Part shown: positions 40,831 through 51,782 of the stretch, piece after piece
How the letters are laid out: the number at the start of each line of letters is the position of its first letter
Position numbering within the stretch: the stretch's first letter is position 1
From: an uncultured Clostridia bacterium
Lineage (GTDB): Bacteria > Bacillota > Clostridia > TANB77 > CAG-508
Direction: 5' to 3'
Length of the DNA stretch: 64,000 nucleotides
Assembly (NCBI GenBank): GCA_944388605.1
Contig: CALXJJ010000003.1
Coordinates: forward strand, 3,091 to 67,090
Program-made: the position numbers and the translations under genes
Notes under the pieces: generated by a model
The model's input: only the letters and a program-made list of their open reading frames with translations
Told to the model about the DNA's origin: nothing
Databases searched by the model: none

Positions 40831-42559
40831 ATGAATATAAAAAACTTTTTAAAACAAGTATTCTATCCCCAGGATTCTAAAGATTATGATTTTACTTTAC
40901 CAGAAACAACAAATCCTAGGCAAAATTTAGAAATTGATGATGAAAAAGTCAAAACAAATTATGATTCTCAAAGTGTTGATGAAGATATCTACAAAAATAC
41001 ACAAGAAATATTTCCAAGTGTAGATGTAAATTATGAATATATTAAAGTAAAATACAACACATTAATAAATAGTGATATTGTAACTAGAAAGTTTATTTTA
41101 AATATAAGGAACAAACAATATAAAGCTTTTATACTATACATCGACGGTATGGTTAATACTACAACTATTAATGATTTTATTCTAAAACCACTAATGCTTA
41201 AAAATTCTTCTAATAGCTTTGATGGTGAACAAAACAGAGTAGTTTCTGAAGCAATTAGTAATAATATAACTGTTCGCAGAATAAAAAAATTTGATATATC
41301 TGAATATGTCTCAAATTGTTTAATACCTCAAAACAATGTTACTGAATGTAAAGATTTTCAAAAAGCTATATCTGGTACAAATTCTGGTGATTGTATTCTT
41401 TTTATAGATACACTTAATATTGCATTTGATATTGAAGTAAAAGGTTTTGAAAAAAGGTCTCTTGGCGAACCTAACAATGAAATTGTAGTACGTGGTGCTC
41501 AAGTAGCTTTTACAGAAACAATTCGTACTAATACTTCTCTTTTAAGAAGATTTGTAAATAATGAAAATTTAATTATAGAAAATGTAGATGTTGGTAAAAT
41601 TAGTAAAACAAAATGTGCTATTTGTTATATTAAAAATATTGCAAATTCAGATTTAGTAGCAGAAGTAAAGTATAGAATTAATAATCTTAATATAGATTAT
41701 TTAATTTCTTCTGGTAAACTAGAACAATTAATTGAAGATAAAAATTCTACACTTCCACAATTAATAGCAACTGAAAGACCTGATAAAGCTACAAATTATC
41801 TAATAGAAGGTCGTGTTGTTATAATAGTAAATGGTAGTCCATATGTCTTAATTGCTCCAGCTGTGTTTACAGATTTTTTAAATTCACCTGAAGATCTTAA
41901 TTTAAAATATCAGTTTTCTAATTTGTTAAAATTTATTAGAATTATAGCTTTTATATTAACTCTATTATTACCTGGTATATATATTGCAATTACAAACTTT
42001 CACCAAGAATTTATACCTACAGAATTATTATTTGCTATTGTTGCTTCAAGAGAAGCAGTACCATTTCCTATAATATTTGAAATTTTTCTTATGGAATTTT
42101 CTTTTGAATTAATAAGAGAGGCAGGACTTAGAGTTCCATCACCTATAGGTCCTACTGTTCGGAATTGTTGGTGCTCTAATTTTAGGACAAGCAGCAGTGG
42201 AAGCAACAATTGTTAGTCCTATACTAATAATTATTGTCGCTATAACAGGAATAGCATCATTTGCTATACCAGACTTTTCATTGAGTTTTCATGCAAGAAT
42301 CTCTAGATTTATTTATATTATTTTTGGTTATATTGGTGGATTTTTGGGAATTGGAACAGCTATATGTATTCACATATTTATTTTAGCCAATATGAAGTCA
42401 TTTGGTGTAGAATATCTCTCTCCTTATTTTTCTAAAGCAAATAGTCTTAATAAAGGTATGATATTATCTCCTATATGGAAAAGACAATTCAGAGCTAATT
42501 TTTTGAATACAAAACGTAAAGAAAAACAAGATGATATTAGTATGAAATGGAAAGCATAA
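40831..42559 (+). pseudogene. gerAA: GerA-family germinant receptor A subunit, split by a 1-nt insertion (extra C at ~42160); either a pseudogene or a sequencing error
   Basis: ORF 40831-42216 ends ...SPIGPTVRNCWCSNFRTSSSGSNNC*. The shifted frame continues ...GIVGALILGQAAVEATIVSPILIIIVAITGIASFAIP (track ORF 42197-42559). Together these reconstitute the conserved A-subunit C-terminal membrane region. Confidence 0.75.
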
Positions 42560-42584
42560 TTTTTAAGAAAGGATCGATTTTTTC

Positions 42585-43688
42585 ATGAATTATTCCAAAA
42601 TTGGTACTTTAGAAGCTATTGGTATTGTTTTTATAGTATTATGTAATCATTTAGTTTTAAATATGCCTCAAAGCATTATAAGTTCAACAGGTTCTGCTTC
42701 TATATTAAATATAGCATATGTATTTTTATTAGCTCTTTTATTTATATTATTAGTAATTAAACTTTTTAAAAATTTTTCTACTTATGACATTATAGATGTT
42801 TCTGAATTTTTAGGTGGAAAATTTTTAAAAGTACTAATATCTATTATTATATTATTATATTTTATACTTACATCTTCTACTCTAATTAGAAACTTTAGTG
42901 AAGGACTAAAAATAATATATTTTACTAACTATCCTATTTATGCTATATTATTATTTTTTATAGTCTCTGCTACAATATGTAACTATTTTGGTAGTAAAAC
43001 TGTTATAAGAGCTAATTTGCTTATTATTCCAATTATTTTTATAAGTTTATTGTTAGTGTTTATCGCTTCTTTTAATAATATTATACCACAGAGGGCACTA
43101 CCAATTCTAGGATATGGTAGCTATGAAACTTTTATACAGGGTATATCTAACATATTTTCTTTTAATGGCTTATTTTACTTATTTTTTATACTCCCTATGC
43201 TTGACAAAAAAGAAAATTTTTCAAAAATATCTCTAATTTCTATTATAATTATAGGAGCAATAATATTAATTTGTATAACTTGCCTACTATTAGCATTTCC
43301 TTTTATAACTAGTTTTAAAGAACTCTCACCATTATATTTAACTATAAGATATACTCATTTTGGAGATTTTTTTCAAAGACCTGAATCTTTATTCATATTA
43401 ACATGGATAATTTCAATGATATCATATATAAGTGTATCATTAATGTTTTCGATAAAAATATTTAAAAAATTAACTAATATAGAACATGAAAAATATATGA
43501 TATTACCTTTTAGTGCTATTTTATTTATTTTTTCTTTAGCTCCAAAAGGTATGGCTGAAATTAGCTTTTTAGAAAATACAGTATATAAATGGTTAACGAT
43601 TTTTATTACTTTTGTTTTGTTTTTATTTATTTTAATATTTGCAAATATCAAATATAGAAGAAAAAAATCTAAGGAGGCTCAAACTTAA
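42585..43688 (+). CDS. gerAB: GerA-family germinant receptor B subunit (APC-superfamily 10-TM permease-like)
   Basis: 367 aa polytopic membrane protein in the A-B-C operon order. Confidence 0.8.
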   Translation: MNYSKIGTLEAIGIVFIVLCNHLVLNMPQSIISSTGSASILNIAYVFLLALLFILLVIKLFKNFSTYDIIDVSEFLGGKFLKVLISIIILLYFILTSSTLIRNFSEGLKIIYFTNYPIYAILLFFIVSATICNYFGSKTVIRANLLIIPIIFISLLLVFIASFNNIIPQRALPILGYGSYETFIQGISNIFSFNGLFYLFFILPMLDKKENFSKISLISIIIIGAIILICITCLLLAFPFITSFKELSPLYLTIRYTHFGDFFQRPESLFILTWIISMISYISVSLMFSIKIFKKLTNIEHEKYMILPFSAILFIFSLAPKGMAEISFLENTVYKWLTIFITFVLFLFILIFANIKYRRKKSKEAQT

Positions 43689-43689
43689 T

Positions 43690-44988
43690 ATGCAAACTTT
43701 TAAAAAAATTTTAGTATCTATTATATTATTACTTTTGTTTATATTTATTTTTACTAATCCATATTTAAGTTTTCATAATATAGATAGCTTAGCATATGTA
43801 GTTGCACTTGGTTTAGACGTAGGAGAAACTAATAATCTTAAATTAAGTTTACAATTATATAAGCCTACTGAATCTTCTGGTAGTTCGAGTGGTTCTTCTC
43901 AAAGTTCAAATTCGTTAATAAATTCTGTTGATTGTTCATCTATTAGTTCTGGTATTAATTTATTTAATAGTTATATTAGTAAACAAATATCGCTTTCTCA
44001 TTGTAAAGTCATAGTAATCTCTGAAGAATTAGCAAAACAAGGTATTTCGAAATATCTATATACTCTTGTAAATAATGTGCAAATTGGTTCAGATTGTAAT
44101 ATAATAATTTCTAAATCTGATTCATATTCATTTTTAGAAAATTCAAAACCTACAGTTGAAAAATTGATTGCTAGATATTATGAGTCTGCTCCTATGTCTA
44201 GCTTATATACGGGTTTTACAGAAGATGTTACACTTGGAGATTTCTTTTCAGATTATACTGATTCTTTTAAACAACCTCACGCAATCCTAGGTTCTATAAA
44301 CACTTCTCAAACTCAAGATAATGTAACATCTTCTAATAATGCTAAAACAAATACTAGTTCTTCTACCGCTTCTATTACTGATAACACCAATTATGAAAAT
44401 GACAATAAAGATAGTGATTATATTGCCGGTGAAACACCTATAACCTCTGAAAATAATATAGAAAGCATGGGACTTGCGGTTTTTTACTCAGATAAACTTG
44501 TTGGTGAATTAAATGCTCTCGAAACATTATGTCATATGATAGTAGTAAATAAAATTCAAACAGCAGAAATTCAGATTTCTAGCCCTGTTAACCTTAATGA
44601 AAAAATAGATATCTCTTTAAAACAAAATCTTGCTCCTAAAATATCTTTAAAAATCATTAATAATACTCCATATATTAAAATAAATCTTAATATTAATGCC
44701 CGAATACGATCTATGGATGAAAACTCTGAACATTTAAATGAAGACAATATTTTAAAAATAGAAGAATCGGTTAATAAATATTTAGAAGAAAACATTTCTG
44801 CTTACTTGTATAAAACAGCTAAGCAATTTAATTCAGATATTGTTGGCTTTGGCAAATATGCTGTTGGATATTTTAAAACACTAGATGAATGGCAAGATTA
44901 TAATTGGCTATACAATTATAGAAATTCATTTTTTGATGTAACAGTAAACTCTGATATTAAGTCTACTTATCTTTTAATGGATAATTAA
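43690..44988 (+). CDS. gerAC: GerA-family germinant receptor C subunit (lipoprotein-like), with Ser/Thr/Asn-rich low-complexity inserts
   Basis: The start is placed at MQTFKKILVSIILLLLFIF. The GerAC-type N-terminus (...AYVVALGLDVGE...) follows, with SSGSSSGSSQSSNS and TNTSSSTASITDNTNYEND inserts. Confidence 0.7.
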   Translation: MQTFKKILVSIILLLLFIFIFTNPYLSFHNIDSLAYVVALGLDVGETNNLKLSLQLYKPTESSGSSSGSSQSSNSLINSVDCSSISSGINLFNSYISKQISLSHCKVIVISEELAKQGISKYLYTLVNNVQIGSDCNIIISKSDSYSFLENSKPTVEKLIARYYESAPMSSLYTGFTEDVTLGDFFSDYTDSFKQPHAILGSINTSQTQDNVTSSNNAKTNTSSSTASITDNTNYENDNKDSDYIAGETPITSENNIESMGLAVFYSDKLVGELNALETLCHMIVVNKIQTAEIQISSPVNLNEKIDISLKQNLAPKISLKIINNTPYIKINLNINARIRSMDENSEHLNEDNILKIEESVNKYLEENISAYLYKTAKQFNSDIVGFGKYAVGYFKTLDEWQDYNWLYNYRNSFFDVTVNSDIKSTYLLMDN

Positions 44989-45000
44989 TTTATTCTTTTT

Positions 45001-45185
45001 TATTGAATAGGAAAAATCGAATTTTTCTTATTCAACAAAAAACAACATTGCGCAGAAAAATTGCTATGCAATTTTTCTGTGTCGACAAATCTTTACTCTT
45101 CTTCGAGAACTTAAATATATATAGTGTTAAGTTAGAAAAGTCCTCGCGAAGCGAGATTTGTCCATTTCAAATACATGTCATTATA
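45001..45185 (-). repeat. copy B (inverted) of the ~175-bp tRNA-Trp-adjacent intergenic repeat
   Basis: See copy A at 23616-23790. It is ~90% identical and lacks the 10-bp duplication. The track ORF 45003-45188 is an artefact of this repeat. Confidence 0.8.
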
Positions 45186-45216
45186 TAAATTCTTTTATGA
45201 AAGGAAAATTTTTTAT

Positions 45217-45379
45217 GAAAACTATAATATTCATTTTATCTTTATATATTTTTTTACAAACCTCTATATATGGAATTTATGAAATAAAACAAAATAAAAA
45301 AAAGCTAGTTGGAGCAGTTATTATAATAATATCAACTATTTGCTTATTTGCTCCAACTATACTTTTACAATTTAGATAA
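45217..45379 (+). CDS. hypothetical small membrane protein (54 aa, 2 TM)
   Basis: MKTIIFILSLYIFLQTSIYGIYEIKQNKKKLVGAVIIIISTICLFAPTILLQFR, preceded by a weak RBS (AAGGAAA). Confidence 0.3.
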
Positions 45380-45415
45380 TATTATTAATTTATAGCAATT
45401 ATACAGACCCTAGAT

Positions 45416-45979
45416 TTATTTTAATGAAATACCTCTTTTTGCTACAATTTTATCTGCTACCATGTATTTGTCTCCTGCATAAAGTAAAGTTTCTACATTA
45501 GAAAAATCTATTAGTTTATTTCCATTATTTAATATATTTATATAATTATCATCACAATGTACACTTACTACTTCTCCTATAAACATATCATGTGAACCTA
45601 AATCTCTAATTTCTTTTACTCTACACTCTAAATTTATTGGGCACTCTTTTATTAAAGGTGCCTTTATTTCATTTGATTTTTCTTTTGTTAAACCTGCTTC
45701 CTTAAATTTATCAATATCTTTTCCTGTTTTCGTTCCACAGAAATCGACTTGCCATACTAAATTTTTATTTGGTATATTTACTGCGAACTCACCTGTTTCT
45801 TTTATTATATTATATGAATATCTATTTTTTCTAATAGACACATAAACAGTTGGTGGTTCTGAACTTGCAATCCCAGTCCATGCTATTGTAATAATATTAG
45901 ATTTTTCTTCATTCCCACAAGATACCATTACAACTGGTACAGGTGCCATACTTGTATTTGGATTTAATATTTCTTTCAT
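45416..45979 (-). CDS. flavin reductase-like FMN-binding split-barrel protein
   Basis: 187 aa; the PF01613-like pattern (PVPVVMVSCG...NIITIAWTG). Confidence 0.7.
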   Translation of the reverse strand: MKEILNPNTSMAPVPVVMVSCGNEEKSNIITIAWTGIASSEPPTVYVSIRKNRYSYNIIKETGEFAVNIPNKNLVWQVDFCGTKTGKDIDKFKEAGLTKEKSNEIKAPLIKECPINLECRVKEIRDLGSHDMFIGEVVSVHCDDNYINILNNGNKLIDFSNVETLLYAGDKYMVADKIVAKRGISLK

Positions 45980-46002
45980 TGTTTATTCCTCCTTAATTAA
46001 TT

Positions 46003-47916
46003 TTATTCACAATATGCAAAGTCTATTCTTCTTGTTTCTTTATCTGCACTAATAACTTTTATTTTCATTTTATCTCCCATTTTATATATTTTATTAGATC
46101 TTTCTCCAATTAGTTGTTTTCTTTCATCATCATATAAAAAGTATTCATTACCTAGATTTTCAAACCTTACTAACCCTTCTACCGTATTTTCCAATTGTAC
46201 AAATATACCAAATTGTGTAACTCCAGATATAATTCCTTCATACTCTTCTCCTATTTTTGTAGACATATATTCTGCTTTCTTTATATCTTCACTATCCCTT
46301 TCTACCTTCTGAGCTACTTTTTCTCTTTCAGATGATGTTTGTGCATATTTAGTTGCTTGATCATAATACTTTTCTAATTTATCTACTTTATAATTATTTT
46401 CTAAATACTTTGATATAATTCTATGTATAAAAAGGTCTGGATATCTACGTATAGGAGATGTAAAATGGCAATAATATTTACTAGCTATACCAAAATGTCC
46501 CTTATTTTCACTCTCATATCTTGCAACTTTTAAAGTTCTTAATATTAAATTAGATACAATCATTTCTTCTTGCTTTCCTTTTACGTCTTTCAAAACTTTT
46601 GCAAATTCTGTTGGATAAACCTTTTCGTTTACTATTTTTATTTTGTATCCAAAATTATATAAAAATTTATTAAGTTCTTTTATTTTATCTATATCTGGTA
46701 CTTCATGTACACGATATATAAATGGAGCATGCAACCAATAAAATTTTTCTGCTATTGTTTCATTTGCTATTAACATAAATTGCTCTATTATTTCATTTGC
46801 AAAATTAAGTTCATATTTTTTTACATCTACTGCTATTCCGTTTTTATTTAAAATTATTTTACTTTCTGGAATATCTAAATTTAAGCTTCCTGATTTATCT
46901 CTTCTTTCTTTTAGTATATTTGCCAATTCAGCCATTAATTTAAAGTGATTAACATATTCCTTATTTTCTTCCACAGATTTTTCGTCATTTTCTAATATAG
47001 CATATACTTCATTATAGCTCATTCTTTTTGTCACATTTATAATACTTTTTTTTACTTCAGATGAAACTACTCTTCCTTTTTTATCTATCTCCATTATGAC
47101 AGAAATAGTAAGTCTATCTTCTCCTACATTCAAACTACATATTCCATTTGAGAGCTCTCTTGGAAGCATTGGAATTACCCTATCCATCATATATATACTT
47201 GTTCCTCTTAATCTTGCTTCTTTATCAAGTTTTGAATTTTCTGCTACATAATAACTAACATCTGCTATATGAACACCCAAGTAATAATTTCCATTTTTTA
47301 ATTTTCTCACACAAACTGCATCATCTAAATCTTTAGCATCTTCCCCGTCAATCGTAAAAATTTGTTCATTTCTTAAATCAAGTCTATTAGGTATATCTTT
47401 TTTATCTATTTTACTTACAATCTGTGCTTCTTTTACAACAGGCTCTGGAAATGTGTATGGAAGCTTGTACTCTTTTATTAAAGATAACATATCAACTCCA
47501 GCCTCATTTACATTCCCAATAACCTCTATTACTTTTCCTTCTGCATTTTTATTTTTTTCTGGATATTTTAATATTTTAACTAAAACTTTACTATTATTTC
47601 TTGCTTTACCAAAATTCTTTTTAGATATAAATATATCAGTTCCAAATTTCCTATCATCTGGTACAACAAATCCAAAATTATTATTTTTTGTAAATGTTCC
47701 CACTATAGTGTCTCTTTCACGTTTTAATACTTTCTTTATTTTGCCTTCTCTATGTAGATCATTTTTTACATTTAAAATTTCTATTAATACTCTATCTCCA
47801 TTTAAAGAGTTCATCGTATTTTCTTTAGAAATATATATTTCTTCATCTGATTCCTCTAGCTTAACAAATCCAAACCCTTTTTCTGAACCTCTAAATATCC
47901 CAATATTATTTTTCAT
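46003..47916 (-). CDS. rnr: ribonuclease R (RNB-family 3'-5' exoribonuclease with CSD and S1 domains)
   Basis: 637 aa; N-terminal cold-shock-like OB folds (GFGFV), an RNB catalytic core (...IDGEDAKDLDDAV...), a C-terminal S1 domain, and secG-rnr synteny. Confidence 0.85.
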   Translation of the reverse strand: MKNNIGIFRGSEKGFGFVKLEESDEEIYISKENTMNSLNGDRVLIEILNVKNDLHREGKIKKVLKRERDTIVGTFTKNNNFGFVVPDDRKFGTDIFISKKNFGKARNNSKVLVKILKYPEKNKNAEGKVIEVIGNVNEAGVDMLSLIKEYKLPYTFPEPVVKEAQIVSKIDKKDIPNRLDLRNEQIFTIDGEDAKDLDDAVCVRKLKNGNYYLGVHIADVSYYVAENSKLDKEARLRGTSIYMMDRVIPMLPRELSNGICSLNVGEDRLTISVIMEIDKKGRVVSSEVKKSIINVTKRMSYNEVYAILENDEKSVEENKEYVNHFKLMAELANILKERRDKSGSLNLDIPESKIILNKNGIAVDVKKYELNFANEIIEQFMLIANETIAEKFYWLHAPFIYRVHEVPDIDKIKELNKFLYNFGYKIKIVNEKVYPTEFAKVLKDVKGKQEEMIVSNLILRTLKVARYESENKGHFGIASKYYCHFTSPIRRYPDLFIHRIISKYLENNYKVDKLEKYYDQATKYAQTSSEREKVAQKVERDSEDIKKAEYMSTKIGEEYEGIISGVTQFGIFVQLENTVEGLVRFENLGNEYFLYDDERKQLIGERSNKIYKMGDKMKIKVISADKETRRIDFAYCE

Positions 47917-47983
47917 ATTATCACACCCTATAATTGGTCAAATTTTAAAAAGCACTATCTCCATATGATTAGTGCTTCTTCAT

Positions 47984-48244
47984 CTATATTACATATAATA
48001 TACTTAGTGCTATAGCTAATACTACAAAAACTATTCCTAGAATAATAGTCCATCTTTTCATTTTGCCTTCTTTTGTTCTACCTTTATTTTTTTCATAAAA
48101 ATTATTTGTTGTAGAGCCTGTAATTGCTGCTGAAGCTCCAGATTGCTCTTTACTTTGTAATGTAGCTATAATTATTAGTGCAACACATACAATAAGGTAT
48201 ATTACCCATATAATATTTTTTGCTATTTCCATTTTTACCTCCAT
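47984..48244 (-). CDS. secG: preprotein translocase subunit SecG
   Basis: Two TM helices with a Gly/Ser-rich loop (SGASAAITGSTTNNF). The start may be the internal MEIAKN. Confidence 0.8.
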   Translation of the reverse strand: MEVKMEIAKNIIWVIYLIVCVALIIIATLQSKEQSGASAAITGSTTNNFYEKNKGRTKEGKMKRWTIILGIVFVVLAIALSILYVI

Positions 48245-48494
48245 TCGAGCCTTTTTGCTCTAACAAAAATTTGCTAGATATCTTCTTACCGCAATTATTG
48301 TACCACATATACCAAAAAAAAGCAAATAAATTTTACAATTTTGTTTAATATATAGTCTCTTATAATCGTATATTACTTGATCGGTATAATACAATATTAT
48401 TGGTATAAAATTATTCCTTTGTTACATATTATAACATATTTTTCTTGAAACTTCCCCATTGACAATATATGATATAATTTATTAGGTGATATTA

Positions 48495-50819
48495 ATGAAC
48501 AAATACTTAAAAATATTAGAATTTGATAAAATATTGCAAATACTTTCTTCTTTTTGTTATAGTGATATTGGTAAAAATCTTGCATTAAATTTAAAACCTA
48601 GTTTTAATAAGTCTGATGTAGAATATTTGCAATTGGAAACCTCAGAAATGTATGATTTTATAATAAAAAAAGGAAACTTACCAATGTTTAATTTTCCAGA
48701 TGTTTCTGTATATTTTAAGGAGCTAGAAAGTGGGTATTCACTTAGTATTAAGGCTATTTTAGAAATCCTTCAAATACTAAAGCTATCATATAATTTAAAA
48801 AAAATATATGCTGAAGAAAATTTTTCTTCATTAAATATTTTATTTAATGAATTGTACTCTAACATTGGAATTATTGAAAAAATAAATTCTTGTATTATAG
48901 ATGAGAATACTATTAATGATTCCGCTTCTTCAGAATTAAAACATATAAGGATTGAACTACGTTCTTGTATTGGTTCTATTCGTAATAAATTAAACTCATA
49001 TATTCATTCTCATAGTAAATATATTATGGAACCAATAATTACTATTAGGAATAATAGATTCGTAATTCCTGTTAAAGAAGAATATAAACATGAAATAAAA
49101 GGTTTTATACATGATATTTCATCTAGTGGTTCTACTGTATTTATAGAACCTACAGATGTTTTTGAAATAAATAATAAAATTAGTTCTTTGAAAATAAATG
49201 AACAAACTGAAATTGAAAAAATTCTTTTTGACCTTTCTAAATTGTTCTTTCCTATAATTCAAGAACTAAAAAAAGACTTAAATTTATTAAGTACTATTGA
49301 TTTATTGCAAGCTAAAGTTCAATATAGTAAATTCATTTCTGGTGAGAAACCTATTATAACAGAGAAAAAAGTAATTTCTTTAATAGGTGCTAGACATCCT
49401 CTTATTGATAGGAATAAGGCTGTTCCAATTGACTTAGAAATAGGTAAAGATTTTTCTACATTACTAATAACTGGTCCAAATACTGGAGGTAAAACTGTAA
49501 CTTTAAAAACTGTAGGTCTTTTATGCCTAATGACTTATATAGGATTGCAAATTCCTTCAAGTGAAAATAGTGTAATTTATGTTTTTGACAATATATTTGC
49601 AGATATTGGAGATGAACAAAGTATTTCCGAATCATTAAGTACTTTTTCATCACATATTAAAAATATAATTGAAATACTAAATACTGCTACAACTAATAGC
49701 CTAGTACTCTTAGATGAATTAGGTTCTGGAACAGATCCAATAGAAGGTGCTAGTCTTGGAATAAGTATATTAGAAAAATTACATTCCATTCAAATTATTA
49801 CACTTGTTACAACACATTATCCTGAAATAAAAAATTATGCTCTTGTTACAAATGGGTTTGAAAATGCTTCTTGTGAATTTGATATAGAAAATTTGAAACC
49901 TACATACAAACTACTTCTTGGTGTTCCTGGAAAAAGCAATGCATTTTCTATAAGTAAACGTTTAGGTTTATCAGATGATATTTTAAAAAGAGCCAAATAT
50001 TTTTTAAAAGATGAACATATTAGAACTGAAGAATTATTAAAAAATATATATGATAACAAAATTATAATAGAAAAAGAGAAAGAAAATATAGAAAAAAATT
50101 CTACTCAAATAGAATTACTTAGAAAATCTTTGGAAAATGATAAAAAGTTATTATTTGAAAAAGAAAATGAAATTATAAATAAAGCTAAACAGCAAGCTAG
50201 AAATATTATCATTAATGCACAAGATGATGTAAATAAAATTTTAAAAGAACTTAATAATAGTAATGATTTAAAAAAAGCCAATAAACTTAGGAAAGAATTA
50301 CATTCATCACTAGCTGAATTACATGATGATAATATTAGTAGCACTACTAATTCATCTATTATTGATCCTAAAAACATTAAAATTGGTAATTTAGTTTTTA
50401 TAAAAACTTTAAATAAAGAAGGAAAAGTTCTAACTCTACCTAATCGCTCTAATGAAGTTCAAGTACAAATTGGTAATGCTAAAATGAATGTTAAAATTGA
50501 AAATCTAAGCATTATAGAAAATCATATTAATATTTCAAAGACTTCATTTACTAGTATAAAGAAAATCAAAAAATGTCCTAAACTAGAAATTAATGTAATT
50601 GGTCTTAATGTAGAAGAAGCCAATTTTGTAATTGATAAATATTTAGATGATAGTTATTTATCTGGTCTTACATCTGTTAGAATTGTGCATGGAAAAGGTA
50701 GTGGAAAATTAAGAGAAGGAATTCATAAATTTTTAAGAAATCATCCTCATGTAAAAAATTTTCGACTTGGAACCTTTGGTGAAGGAGAAATGGGAGTAAC
50801 TGTTGTAGAATTAAAATAA
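48495..50819 (+). CDS. mutS2: endonuclease MutS2 (MutS domains III/IV/ATPase plus C-terminal Smr)
   Basis: The start is placed at ATG (MNKYLKILEFDK), with a TAGGTGA RBS 5 nt upstream. Walker A GPNTGGKT, and a C-terminal Smr domain (...LEINVIGLNVEEA...VRIVHGKGSGKLREGIHKFL). Confidence 0.9.
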   Translation: MNKYLKILEFDKILQILSSFCYSDIGKNLALNLKPSFNKSDVEYLQLETSEMYDFIIKKGNLPMFNFPDVSVYFKELESGYSLSIKAILEILQILKLSYNLKKIYAEENFSSLNILFNELYSNIGIIEKINSCIIDENTINDSASSELKHIRIELRSCIGSIRNKLNSYIHSHSKYIMEPIITIRNNRFVIPVKEEYKHEIKGFIHDISSSGSTVFIEPTDVFEINNKISSLKINEQTEIEKILFDLSKLFFPIIQELKKDLNLLSTIDLLQAKVQYSKFISGEKPIITEKKVISLIGARHPLIDRNKAVPIDLEIGKDFSTLLITGPNTGGKTVTLKTVGLLCLMTYIGLQIPSSENSVIYVFDNIFADIGDEQSISESLSTFSSHIKNIIEILNTATTNSLVLLDELGSGTDPIEGASLGISILEKLHSIQIITLVTTHYPEIKNYALVTNGFENASCEFDIENLKPTYKLLLGVPGKSNAFSISKRLGLSDDILKRAKYFLKDEHIRTEELLKNIYDNKIIIEKEKENIEKNSTQIELLRKSLENDKKLLFEKENEIINKAKQQARNIIINAQDDVNKILKELNNSNDLKKANKLRKELHSSLAELHDDNISSTTNSSIIDPKNIKIGNLVFIKTLNKEGKVLTLPNRSNEVQVQIGNAKMNVKIENLSIIENHINISKTSFTSIKKIKKCPKLEINVIGLNVEEANFVIDKYLDDSYLSGLTSVRIVHGKGSGKLREGIHKFLRNHPHVKNFRLGTFGEGEMGVTVVELK

Positions 50820-50987
50820 TGTTAAGAACAAAAGCGACATGATTAATTTATATATTAGGAAAAGTTAACATAACTTTCCTAATATATAATAAATTACACT
50901 TCTTAGAAAACTTAAATATATACAGTTTAATTATATACTAGAAAAAGTTCTCTAAGAAGTGTAAAGTTTTTTTGTATTATATATTTT

Positions 50988-51764
50988 TTATTCTACTGGC
51001 ATTGCTGAACCATAATTTTCTGTAATCCATGAATTATAATCAAATGGTTCTACTGTTTCAGGCACACCATAATCTACTCCAAAAGTATCTACTGTTAAAC
51101 TTTTTATTACTGGTGGATTTACTGGTTTGTCTACACCCTCTTCAGCATTTTGATCTCTTGTTACAACTTCTACATTTTCAATTTGTTCTACTATATCCAT
51201 ACCTTCTATTACTTTACCAAATGCAGCATATAATCCATCTAAAGATTCATTATCTTCTGTCATAATAAAGAATTGTGAACCTCCTGAATTATATCCTTTT
51301 GTTGTTAATGTAGAACTTAAAGAACTATAATCAGCTCTTGCCATTGATATAACCCCTTTTTCATGTTTTAATGTGTTTTGATTAAATCCATTAGCAATAA
51401 ATTCTCCTTTTATATTATATTCTTCACTTCCACCATTATCTTTAATATCATTTAATGTTGGCGAACCTGTACCATCACCATTTTTATCTCCACCTTGGAT
51501 CATAAAATCTGGTATTGTCCTATGAAACACTTTTCCATTATAAAATCCTCTATTTGCTAAGCATATAAAATTTGCAACTGTATTAGGTGCCATATCTGGA
51601 TATAATTTTATTTTTATAGTTCCAAAATTTTCCACTTCCATTGTAGCTATCGGATTTTTTACTTCTTCTGTTAATTTTTTATAATAACCGTACCCTAAAT
51701 ACCCTAATGCACCTATAATAATTATTATTCCTATTATAATTAATATATTTTTTAAAATTTTCAT
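50988..51764 (-). CDS. membrane-anchored cyclophilin-type peptidyl-prolyl cis-trans isomerase
   Basis: N-terminal TM anchor, then a cyclophilin core (FHRTIPDFMIQGGD...GTGSP...). Confidence 0.85.
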   Translation of the reverse strand: MKILKNILIIIGIIIIIGALGYLGYGYYKKLTEEVKNPIATMEVENFGTIKIKLYPDMAPNTVANFICLANRGFYNGKVFHRTIPDFMIQGGDKNGDGTGSPTLNDIKDNGGSEEYNIKGEFIANGFNQNTLKHEKGVISMARADYSSLSSTLTTKGYNSGGSQFFIMTEDNESLDGLYAAFGKVIEGMDIVEQIENVEVVTRDQNAEEGVDKPVNPPVIKSLTVDTFGVDYGVPETVEPFDYNSWITENYGSAMPVE

Positions 51765-51782
51765 ATTTAATCACATTCCTTT

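Noticed and set aside
23541-45185. Integrated genomic island at tRNA-Trp bounded by the 175-bp repeats
   Set aside because: The repeats are inverted rather than direct and do not include the tRNA 3' end. The intervening genes are core housekeeping and sporulation genes with no integrase or other mobile hallmarks. Kept as a repeat pair and inversion substrate instead.
45003-45188. 61-aa ORF on the plus strand
   Set aside because: It is entirely covered by copy B of the hairpin-rich intergenic repeat, and the copy A region has no equivalent conserved ORF. It is an artefact of the repeat.
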